Shown in pieces: positions 8,141-15,835 of a DNA stretch of 32,000 bases (within the stretch, counting starts at the first letter, position 1; every line of letters starts with the position of its first letter). The notes under the pieces were generated by a model that made no database searches, was not told the DNA's origin, and worked only from the letters and a program-made list of their open reading frames with translations. The translations under genes were made by a program, and so were the position numbers. Source of the DNA: Massilicoli timonensis. GTDB lineage: Bacteria > Bacillota_I > Bacilli_A > Erysipelotrichales > Erysipelotrichaceae. Location of the stretch: positions 2,012,180 to 2,044,179 of the forward strand of contig NZ_LT963434.1 of the NCBI RefSeq assembly GCF_900199515.1. Reading direction: 5' to 3'.

Positions 8141-9389
8141 TGTGGCCACCCACCAAACCGTTGCGTTTTCTTTGCGTTGCTTTATCATAGAAGTTCATTC
8201 CTTTTAATACGGCATTTTTTCCATATTTAGAACGAATACTTACAAGTGCTTTTTGTACTCTTTTTTCCTTTTCAATATCATTATAATCTGCAAATAAATC
8301 ATATTGTTCATATATTTCATCTATAACATTACCAAATGAAATTGCTATTTGTCTGATGGGATAATTTGGATTTACAACCTTTTTATATAATAATTTAAAT
8401 TCCTCCAGTAAGATATGATAAGAATTTGTTGTGTTCGTTATTTTTCTGCTTCCTCTTGTCGGCTTTATAATATTTTTTGAATATCCAATGAATAATGAAA
8501 TATGATTTGAAACTAAATGCTTTTCAGTTAGCTGTAATACATTGGTTTCCACCATTTCTTTCATGATTAGGTAAGCATCTTTGTAATTATAGTCTTCAAA
8601 GAGTATTTGAGAATTGGAAATAGAATTGGACGAAGGCTTATATGCTTTTATATCGCTTATTTCCGTTGTTTCCTTTCCCCATGAATGATCGATCAAGTAC
8701 TCTGCATTAACTCCGAATATCTTATATAGTATCTTCTCATCATAATGAGCGACTCCATATAAATCTTTGATACCTAATGATGCAAGACGATTTGCTGTAC
8801 CGGGACCAATCATCCATACATCAGTGATTGGTGTATGATGCCATATGAGTTGCTTAAATAAATCTTCATCTAAATACCCCATAAAATCCTTAGCATGTTT
8901 TGCAGTAATATCTAATGCAACTTTTGCAAGAAATAAATTTGTTCCAATGCCAACAGTTGCAGTAATTCCAGTAACATTATAGATTTCATCAATAATGGTT
9001 TTCGCAAGCTGTTTTGCATTCATTTTGTATAATGATAAATATGATGTAATATCTAAAAAAGATTCATCAATGGAATACACATGAATATCTTCACAGGAAA
9101 CAAATTTTAAAAATATACTATAAATCTTAGCGGAATACTTCATATATAAAGTCATTCTTGGTGTAGCTGTAATGTATTCTATATCTTTTGGTATTTCATA
9201 TATCCTGCCACGACTTGGTACACCCAATTGTCTAATAGCTGGAGTTGCTGCTAAAGTAATGGCACCGCCTCCACGTGTTGGATCAGCAACAACTAAATTG
9301 ATTTTGAAAGGGTCTAATCCTCTTTCAACACATTCTACGCTTGCATAGAAACTTTTTAAATCGATACATAAATAAATTTTATTATTCAT
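8133..9389 (-). CDS. Y-family (DinB/UmuC/UvrX-type) translesion DNA polymerase
   Basis: 'CIDLKSFYASVECVERGLDP' and 'YSIDESFLDIT' motifs. AAGGAGG lies 7 nt upstream of ATG 9389. Confidence 0.9.
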   Translation of the reverse strand: MNNKIYLCIDLKSFYASVECVERGLDPFKINLVVADPTRGGGAITLAATPAIRQLGVPSRGRIYEIPKDIEYITATPRMTLYMKYSAKIYSIFLKFVSCEDIHVYSIDESFLDITSYLSLYKMNAKQLAKTIIDEIYNVTGITATVGIGTNLFLAKVALDITAKHAKDFMGYLDEDLFKQLIWHHTPITDVWMIGPGTANRLASLGIKDLYGVAHYDEKILYKIFGVNAEYLIDHSWGKETTEISDIKAYKPSSNSISNSQILFEDYNYKDAYLIMKEMVETNVLQLTEKHLVSNHISLFIGYSKNIIKPTRGSRKITNTTNSYHILLEEFKLLYKKVVNPNYPIRQIAISFGNVIDEIYEQYDLFADYNDIEKEKRVQKALVSIRSKYGKNAVLKGMNFYDKATQRKRNGLVGGHNA

Positions 9390-9450
9390 TAAAATTCCTC
9401 CTTGTGATTTCATATTATAGTCCTTTATATTCCTAAAACAATATAGATTT

Positions 9451-9474
9451 GGGAATTTTGTTTAAACTATTCCC
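9451..9474. promoter_or_regulatory. candidate operator in the divergent promoter region
   Basis: GGGAAT-N12-ATTCCC inverted repeat with an internal GTTTAAAC palindrome, between the polymerase and repressor genes. Confidence 0.4.
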
Positions 9475-9517
9475 AAAAGATAATATTTTTGGTAAACTAT
9501 ATTTGAGGTGGATTTAT

Positions 9518-10108
9518 ATGACATTGAAGGAATTATTGATTCAATATGAAATACAAAACGATAAATCTCATGTTGAAGTTGCTGAAGAAATAGGTATTTC
9601 ATTATCAACATATTATAGATGGCTTAGTGGGGAGAGCACACATATTAAAAAAACTAAAATTAAAAGATTATCAGAAGTCTTACATTGTGATGTTGAACAG
9701 GTTATAGAAGATATGAATAGAGTCAAACCTATTCTTGGTAGAGTAAAAGCAGGCTATGATTTATGGGCTGATCAAGATGTTGAGGGCTATGTAGAAGTAG
9801 GGCATGGTGATGCTCAAAATGGTGATTACTTTTTAAGAGTAACAGGAGATTCTATGATTGATTCACATATTTATGAGGGTGATTTAGTATATGTACAGCA
9901 ATGCAATAGTGTAGAATCGGGTACGATTGCAGTAGTGATGATTGGGGATGAAGTAACCATTAAGATTGTCAAATTTTTATCAGATGGTATTTTATTGGAG
10001 GCATCAAATCCAAAATATGACAATAGAAAGTTTACATTCAGTCAAGTTGAAGAACTGCCAGTAAGAATTATAGGTAAAGTAAGGTTTGTTAGAAGGGATT
10101 TTATATAA
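9518..10108 (+). CDS. LexA-like / phage-repressor-like XRE-HTH + S24 peptidase protein
   Basis: N-terminal HTH ('VAEEIGISLSTYYRWLSG'), 'VKAG' Ala-Gly cleavage-type site, 'GDSM' Ser and 'VTIKIV' Lys of S24 peptidases. GAGGTGG lies 7 nt before ATG 9518. Confidence 0.85.
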   Translation: MTLKELLIQYEIQNDKSHVEVAEEIGISLSTYYRWLSGESTHIKKTKIKRLSEVLHCDVEQVIEDMNRVKPILGRVKAGYDLWADQDVEGYVEVGHGDAQNGDYFLRVTGDSMIDSHIYEGDLVYVQQCNSVESGTIAVVMIGDEVTIKIVKFLSDGILLEASNPKYDNRKFTFSQVEELPVRIIGKVRFVRRDFI

Positions 10109-10365
10109 AATCATACTGACTTAAAAATGATTGAATTATTAAGAATAAGTCGCTAAAATTTACATGTATAATTTAATGATGAGAGTATTAAATTGTGGTC
10201 TGAGAACATCAGTAAAAATGAAATTATGAAAAAATCTCTCTATTTACGCGTTTTTTTCATGTTCGCAAATATTTATGAAGATCGTGAATTTCTGATAAAA
10301 AGTGCTTAGAATTGCTAAAAAGCCATCTACTGACGGAAATTATTATGAAACAAATATGTAGCAAT

Positions 10366-10407
10366 CTGACGTAATTTCTGCGTAAAATCTGGCGTAGCTT
10401 TGGCGTA
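10366..10407. repeat. four phased (11-12 bp) CGTAA/G-core repeats
   Basis: tGACGTAAtttc tGCGTAAAatc tGGCGTAGctt tGGCGTAAg. The CGTA cores start at 10369, 10380, 10392 and 10403. Confidence 0.6.
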
Positions 10408-10523
10408 AGATTATGTGATGTAGCATATAACGTAAACATGATATTTTTCTAGAAGAACTAGCTGAATGAAAAATTGATTAAATGGTTAATGAGAATCTGT
10501 GCAGGATGATTGACAGGCAGAAA

Positions 10524-10652
10524 ATGATTTGACTGATTAAAAGATTCAGAAAATCTCGTAAAATTAGTTAAAGTCTGATGGCAATGGAAATGGGCATTCA
10601 AAGAAACTATATCAACGACTTTGAATATGGGCAGTTAGTTCTATATTTTTAA
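10524..10652 (+). pseudogene. XRE-family HTH gene remnant with in-frame stops
   Basis: One frame reads MI*LIKRFRKSRKIS*SLMAMEMGIQRNYINDFEYGQLVLYF*, an HTH_XRE-like pattern broken by TGA 10530 and TAA 10569. Confidence 0.4.
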
Positions 10653-10932
10653 AAATTAGATAAAGATATGGAAATCGTGATTTATTGAGCAGTAAGTGTG
10701 AGAACTTATAATTATGCCAGAATTTTGATACAAATAGGTTATAAAAAAGCTTGCATATTAAATTTGAAATGTATATTTCTAGTTTTTGAATATACAAATA
10801 TTAATGGATTGAAATCGTCTTTGTATCACTGGATAATTTTTTATTTTACTGTAAGAATGAATAATTTTGATTTAAAGATAAATACAATAAGATTTATTTT
10901 ATAAAATGCAAATTTTCTGAATCCATTATGAT

Positions 10933-10964
10933 AATTAAAACCAATTCATATGAGAATGAATTGG
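10933..10964 (-). terminator. rho-independent terminator downstream of the HAD gene
   Basis: Perfect 9-bp stem CCAATTCAT/ATGAATTGG with a 6-nt loop. On the minus strand it is followed by TTTTAATT. Confidence 0.55.
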
Positions 10965-11053
10965 CGTGATAAATAAATAATAAGATTGATAATATTTTAC
11001 ATGATTATTATCTATTATTTTAAACAAATGTTTTTATAAGACAATCTCAAGTA

Positions 11054-11737
11054 TTAAAAATGATTTGTTTGAACGAGCTGATTTAGTATTTTTTCTACTT
11101 CATCAAATCCAGTTGCGCTTTTTACACCATCTGGCACTGTTTTATTTTCTCGATTCATCCATATGCTGTCAATCCCTACCTGATGAGGACATTTAACATC
11201 ACTTTCTAGAGAATCTCCTATATGAATTACTTCTTCAGATTGTAATCCAGTCTTTTCAAGGGCATATAGAAAAATTTCTTTTCTAGGCTTTGAATATTTT
11301 GCTTGTTCACTGGTAATAACTCCCTGAGGATGTAATCCGTGTTTCTTAATGTTTTCAAAAACATAATGATTGTCACTATTTGTTATAAAATAGACATCGA
11401 GCTTAGTTTTTTCTAAAAATAAACGGGCATCTTTATAAAGTGCTGAGGTGCACCAATGTTCTTCCATTTTATTTAAAAGTTCTAAACTATTTTTAGAAGA
11501 ATGAAAATGATCAAGTAAATCATTAAAGTTTTCTAAGGCTATTTCGTGCTGTGTACGAAAGTTCGCACCATTTGCATGTACAACTTTTTCTTTAAATGTT
11601 TTCCACCAATAGATGAAAATTTCTTCTGGAGATTTGGCTGTACTATTTTTATAAACGCTTTGAATAACTTCTAACATGATTGGTCCATTTTCATATGCAA
11701 CTGTCCCATAATAATCCATAAAAAGTGCTTTAATCAA
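11054..11737 (-). CDS. HAD-superfamily hydrolase (haloacid-dehalogenase-like DxYGT variant)
   Basis: 'LFMDYYGTV' (motif I with Tyr at D+2), 'ITNS', 'SKPRKEIF' and 'IHIGDSLESDV'. Confidence 0.75.
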   Translation of the reverse strand: MIKALFMDYYGTVAYENGPIMLEVIQSVYKNSTAKSPEEIFIYWWKTFKEKVVHANGANFRTQHEIALENFNDLLDHFHSSKNSLELLNKMEEHWCTSALYKDARLFLEKTKLDVYFITNSDNHYVFENIKKHGLHPQGVITSEQAKYSKPRKEIFLYALEKTGLQSEEVIHIGDSLESDVKCPHQVGIDSIWMNRENKTVPDGVKSATGFDEVEKILNQLVQTNHF

Positions 11738-11786
11738 AATTCAATGACCTCCTTGCTTTAACTTGTTTGTAAATAATATAACATCC

Positions 11787-12548
11787 TTATATAAAGAATT
11801 GATTTTCATTACGAACTGTTTTTAATGTACCGAGCATTTGTTCCATTTTCTCTTGAACAGGCATAGGAAGAATACGTGCATGTTCAGGACACACAGCAGT
11901 GCAAGCCATACATAGCATACATTTATCTGCATCTGTTTCAACAATCTGATTCTTAATTATAATAGCTCCTGTAGGACATGCTTTTTCACATTTTCCACAT
12001 AAATGACAAGTTTTAAGTGAAATAGGGGTAACAGGCATACCTTTTGCTTCTTTATATGGATAGTTACCTGGAACTTCCACAGTCGTTTCATCATTTGCTT
12101 CAATTTTACTTAATACCTTTTTTGCAAAAACTATAATTTCTTTTTTATCTTGTTCATCAGGTCGTCCTTTTCCAACTTCAGGGGCCATAGAGTGTTGTGC
12201 AACGAAAGCAGCGGAAGCAAGAATTTGAAATCCCTGTGCTTTTACAACATTATTTAATTCTAAAAGAGCATCTTCATAAGCTCTATTTCCATAAACAACT
12301 AAAGTGACTGCTTTTTTTCCTTTGCCATTTATTTGCTTTAATTGACTTGTTGTAAAATCTGGAATTCTACCTCCGAAAACAGGAACAGCAATAACTGTTA
12401 AATCTCCTTGAGGATTTTCTATTTGAGCATCACGTAAACCAAGATTTATTTTTTTGATATTTTTAGATATGCCATTAGAAAATAATTCTCCAACTTTTTT
12501 TGTACCACCAGTGGGGCTAAAATAATATAAATATGTTGTGTTAATCAT
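11787..12548 (-). CDS. flavodoxin-like domain + 2x[4Fe-4S] ferredoxin-domain protein
   Basis: 'CHLCGKCEKACPTGA' and 'CMLCMACTAVCPEHA' cluster motifs. GGAGGAG lies upstream of ATG 12548. The longer ORF to 12677 has no RBS. Confidence 0.8.
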   Translation of the reverse strand: MINTTYLYYFSPTGGTKKVGELFSNGISKNIKKINLGLRDAQIENPQGDLTVIAVPVFGGRIPDFTTSQLKQINGKGKKAVTLVVYGNRAYEDALLELNNVVKAQGFQILASAAFVAQHSMAPEVGKGRPDEQDKKEIIVFAKKVLSKIEANDETTVEVPGNYPYKEAKGMPVTPISLKTCHLCGKCEKACPTGAIIIKNQIVETDADKCMLCMACTAVCPEHARILPMPVQEKMEQMLGTLKTVRNENQFFI

Positions 12549-12621
12549 AAACTCTCCTCCTATTGTTATAATGATTATCATGAAAGAAAATTGATTTGTT
12601 TTTAAATATCGCCCTCTTTCG

Positions 12622-12687
12622 GTTGTATTTTTATTTTTTACAACTAAAATTATAACCCTGTTACGTTGTATTGTCAATATTTACAAC
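12622..12687. promoter_or_regulatory. two GTTGTA-N11-TACAAC operators overlapping divergent promoters
   Basis: IR1 at 12622-12644 and IR2 at 12665-12687. Minus-strand promoter TTGACA (12672-12677) -17- TATAAT (12649-12654). Plus-strand promoter TTTACA (12680-12685) -17- TATAAT (12703-12708). Confidence 0.65.
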
Positions 12688-12736
12688 TTTCATAAAATAA
12701 ATTATAATTATAAATAATTAGAAAGGAACTGATAGT

Positions 12737-13186
12737 ATGAAACTTAGTACAAAATGTTCAATCGCTTTACATTGTCTCATATTTATCTGTGAATATGAAA
12801 ATAAATTAAAAGTAACGAGCGAATTGCTTGCAAAAAGTACAGGATGTAATTCAGCAGCCATTAGAAGTATTCAAAATTCATTACAGAAAGCAGGGATTAT
12901 TACTGTTACACGTGGTATTGGAGGAGCTCATTTAAACAAAAATCCAAAGGAAGTAACAATCTGGGATGTATATCATGCTCTTGAACCTGAAGGATTGGAT
13001 CATTTTATTGGATTTCATCCACACCCGTCTCGTAAATGCCCTGTTGGAAAAAGAATTTCATCAGTTTTAAAAAAGCCATATAATGAAATTGGAAATTCTG
13101 TAAAAAATTCTATGAAGAAAATAACTTTACAACAACTATTAGATGAATATCAAAGTTATGATAATTATGTGACTAAAGAAGAATAA
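12737..13186 (+). CDS. Rrf2-family transcriptional regulator
   Basis: 'MKLSTKCSIALHCLIFI' and 'LQKAGIITVTRGIGGAHL' are typical of Rrf2 winged-helix proteins. Divergent from the ferredoxin gene. Confidence 0.85.
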   Translation: MKLSTKCSIALHCLIFICEYENKLKVTSELLAKSTGCNSAAIRSIQNSLQKAGIITVTRGIGGAHLNKNPKEVTIWDVYHALEPEGLDHFIGFHPHPSRKCPVGKRISSVLKKPYNEIGNSVKNSMKKITLQQLLDEYQSYDNYVTKEE

Positions 13187-13676
13187 TTCTTATTTCTGTC
13201 TATACTGTCTGCCATTGCTCGTCTTGAAGTGTAGCGTGTTATGTATTTAACACATTCTTTGGCTTTATTATCCTTTTTTCTTTGCTTAGACGTAGAATCA
13301 ACAGGAATAGCTAAATCAAGCATAATAACACCTGAAGATATTAGAGCAAAAGAAAAGGTGATAATCAATGATGATTAATCACCCTGTGGACAAAAATATG
13401 CATGTAAGATTGTTGATAACCACTTATTTTTGCTTTTTCTATAAATAAAGAGTTTCATAAATTTGGTTAGATTATCTTGGCTTTAGATGCTAAAATGCAC
13501 ATGTATACGATTAATATGCAAGACTAAATCTGTGAAAAGAGTTACTTCTTAGTGCGCAAAATTATAGAGAAAGAGTTGAAGGATAGCGTACGATTGGTGT
13601 TTTCTGCAAACGTGCTAAGATGTCCAAAGTGTGTAAAAAAAGCTGTGGGGTGAACGCTGGTCGACGGATTTTTTTT

Positions 13677-13787
13677 GGAAAATCCATTTAAATAAAGGAT
13701 TTTGAAGAACACCAAAACGTTAATCGTTGTATTGAGAAGATTAGAGAAGTGTTTAGACTTTGTGAGAAGTTTAGATACTTCTTTTTT
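13677..13787 (+). repeat. promoter-region module, copy A (block X 13677-13740 + block Y 13752-13787)
   Basis: Block X is a hairpin plus CAAAACGTTAAT. Block Y is TTTAGACTttGTGAGaaGTTTAGATACTTCTTTTTT. TATAAT at 13804-13809. Confidence 0.7.
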
Positions 13788-13885
13788 TCTTTTGTAATAA
13801 AAGGTATAATATGACTATAATTAAATAATGAAGTAAACATTTGTCTGGTAAATAAGATGGAATTAGATTCTTAGGAGGGATCGTT

Positions 13886-15352
13886 ATGGCGAATCAAGTA
13901 TTTTCTTCTTATAATCCTTTTTTAACATTGGAATATATGCAAACGGAACATGAAAATAAATATTTTGATAGAAAATCGGCAAAAATTAAACCATCTGATT
14001 TATCACCTTTAGTATCAGCATTTGCTAATGCAGAAGGTGGTACTATTGTCATTGGAATAAGTGATAAGACATTAGAAATTGAAGGCATCCATCAATATGG
14101 TATGGATAAAGCTAATGAATTTATTGCTATTCCTAAAAATGGATGTAAACCCATGCCACAATATAATGAAGAGTTTTTAGATGTTATAAACAGTAAGGGA
14201 GAAAAAGATCAATTGTTGTTATTGCATATTCAACCATCTGTTGATCAAATTGTGAGAACAACAAATGATTCTACTTATTTAAGAATTGGTGATAAAACTA
14301 AAGAATTAAAAGGAGATGACCTTAGAAATTTAGAGTATTCAAAAAGCACTAGACATTTCGAAGATGAAATAAATAAAGATGCCTTACTTGAAGATTTAGA
14401 TGAAGAATTAATTAACGATTATAAAGAAAAATTAGATGCAACTCATTTACCAACTGAACAAGTTTTAAAAGCTAGAGCCTTTATTAAAAATAAAGATGGA
14501 AATAATTATTTGACAAATGCTGCAGTTCTTTTGTTTGCAAAAAATGTTTCTCAATTTTATCCAAATTGTAGGGTTAGATTTATTCGCTATGATGGAAATT
14601 CTGCTCAAGTTGGGACACGAATGAATATTATTAAAGACAAAACTATTGAATGTAATATTCTTAAATTAATTGACGAGGCAAGAATGTTTATTTCATCTCA
14701 ACTAAGAGAATTTACGGCATTAGATCCATTAACTGGCAAATTTAAAACAGTTCCAGAATATCCAGAATTTTCTTGGTTAGAAGGTTTAGTAAATGCAATA
14801 ACACATCGTGAATATGGAATGAGTGGAAATTATATATTGGTAACTATGTTCGATGATCGTTTAGAAATTAAAAGTCCTGGAAAATTACCTAATATAGTAA
14901 CAGTTGAAAATATCAAGGATACTCGTTATGCAAGAAATCCAAGAATTTCAAGAGTATTAACGGATTTTGGCTGGGTAAGAGAATTGAACGAAGGAGTAAA
15001 ACGTATTTATTCTGATATGGCAGATTTCTTTTTAGATGAACCAGAGTATAGTGAACCTGAATCTGCTGTTAAATTGATATTGAAAAATAATATTATAATG
15101 CGCAACATTCGACAAGAAAACCGATTGGAACGCATTTTAACACCAGAAGTGTGGCAACAACTAGATGAATTAGAAAAGTTAATTTTAACTTATTTAGGAA
15201 GCAAAAAGACAGTGACAAGATCAGAGTTGTGTACATACACTAATAAAGCACCTAATACTATATCTGCTAGATTAAATCATCTCATTTCATTAAATATTAT
15301 TAAGCGCAATGGAAGCAAATATGATCCTAAACAGACATATGAAATGAGATAG
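13886..15352 (+). CDS. AlbA_2 (Schlafen-like) + HATPase_c_4 + C-terminal winged-helix protein ('RecG-like' putative regulator)
   Basis: 'FDRKSAKIKPSDL..SAFANAEGGTIVIGISD' (AlbA_2), 'AITHREYG..LEIKSPGKLP..RNPRISRVL' (HATPase_c_4) and a C-terminal 'TRSELCTYTNKAPNTISARLNHLISLNIIKR'. AGGAGGG RBS. Confidence 0.85.
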   Translation: MANQVFSSYNPFLTLEYMQTEHENKYFDRKSAKIKPSDLSPLVSAFANAEGGTIVIGISDKTLEIEGIHQYGMDKANEFIAIPKNGCKPMPQYNEEFLDVINSKGEKDQLLLLHIQPSVDQIVRTTNDSTYLRIGDKTKELKGDDLRNLEYSKSTRHFEDEINKDALLEDLDEELINDYKEKLDATHLPTEQVLKARAFIKNKDGNNYLTNAAVLLFAKNVSQFYPNCRVRFIRYDGNSAQVGTRMNIIKDKTIECNILKLIDEARMFISSQLREFTALDPLTGKFKTVPEYPEFSWLEGLVNAITHREYGMSGNYILVTMFDDRLEIKSPGKLPNIVTVENIKDTRYARNPRISRVLTDFGWVRELNEGVKRIYSDMADFFLDEPEYSEPESAVKLILKNNIIMRNIRQENRLERILTPEVWQQLDELEKLILTYLGSKKTVTRSELCTYTNKAPNTISARLNHLISLNIIKRNGSKYDPKQTYEMR

Positions 15353-15366
15353 TTAAAGGAAAAAAT

Positions 15367-15397
15367 GCGAGGTAAATGCGAGGTATTGCGAGGTTAA
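15367..15397. repeat. 31-bp tri-repeat, copy 1 (GCGAGGTAAAT GCGAGGTATT GCGAGGTTAA)
   Basis: Three 10-11-bp GCGAGGT units. Identical to 15476-15506. Confidence 0.9.
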
Positions 15398-15475
15398 GTG
15401 ATATTTTTGTGACTATTGATATATGATAATAAAAAAATAGCTCATTTTTAATGATTGAAGCAGGATATATTTTTT

Positions 15476-15506
15476 GCGAGGTAAATGCGAGGTATTGCGA
15501 GGTTAA
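15476..15506. repeat. 31-bp tri-repeat, copy 2
   Basis: Perfect direct repeat of 15367-15397, starting 109 bp downstream of it. Confidence 0.9.
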
Positions 15507-15582
15507 ATTATGCATGATAATATAACAGTTGTTATAAAATTATCTCAGATGCTTTAGCAATGCAACAAGTAAGCAAAGGCTT

Positions 15583-15780
15583 CAAAATCCTTATTTTATA
15601 AGGTTTTGCAGTTCTCAAAACGTTAATTTATTCGTTTATTCAGAGAAATGCAAAGAAACTCAAATCAAAAAAGTCTTTATTTATCGACTTTTACACGATT
15701 TGAGTTTTTTTCTGTTTTATTAAAATAAAAACGGTATGCAACATATTTAGACTCAGTGAGTGTTTAGATACTTCTTTTTT
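15583..15780 (+). repeat. promoter-region module, copy B (block X 15583-15648, about 95 bp insert, block Y 15746-15780)
   Basis: Same blocks as 13677-13787. TATAAT at 15796-15801 and 15802-15807, upstream of the FRG gene. Confidence 0.7.
15656..15711 (+). terminator. two-tier hairpin + T-run terminator
   Basis: AAACTCAAATC..(AAAAGTC..GACTTTT)..GATTTGAGTTT followed by a T-run. Confidence 0.6.
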
Positions 15781-15835
15781 GTTTGAAATCAATGATATAA
15801 TTATAATATGAAAATAAAATTAATGAGGTGATTTA

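Noticed and set aside
10530-10532. Idea that TGA is read as Trp (genetic code 4) in the AT-rich island, which would repair the HTH remnant.
   Set aside because: A TAA stop still interrupts the same frame, and several well-formed island genes (for example 16794-17072) terminate at TGA. Standard code 11 fits.
10257-10904. ORFs of 60-68 aa in the AT-rich spacer (10257-10439 minus, 10612-10797 minus, 10698-10904 plus).
   Set aside because: They have no RBS and low-complexity translations. The first is generated by the CGTAA repeat block. They are chance ORFs in A/T-rich DNA.
13165-13368. A 67-aa minus-strand ORF (hydrophobic N-terminus, basic C-terminus) overlapping the end of the Rrf2 gene; considered as a small toxin or integrase remnant.
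   Set aside because: No RBS or promoter was recognised and no diagnostic motif is present. It overlaps a well-supported gene. It cannot be supported from sequence alone.
15327-15515. A 62-aa minus-strand ORF spanning both 31-bp repeats; the two repeats were also considered as a mini CRISPR array or a retron-like ncRNA.
   Set aside because: The ORF is an artefact of the repeats. There are only two repeat copies, each internally tri-partite, and there are no cas genes or reverse transcriptase in the window. The structure fits protein-binding sites better than CRISPR or msr/msd.
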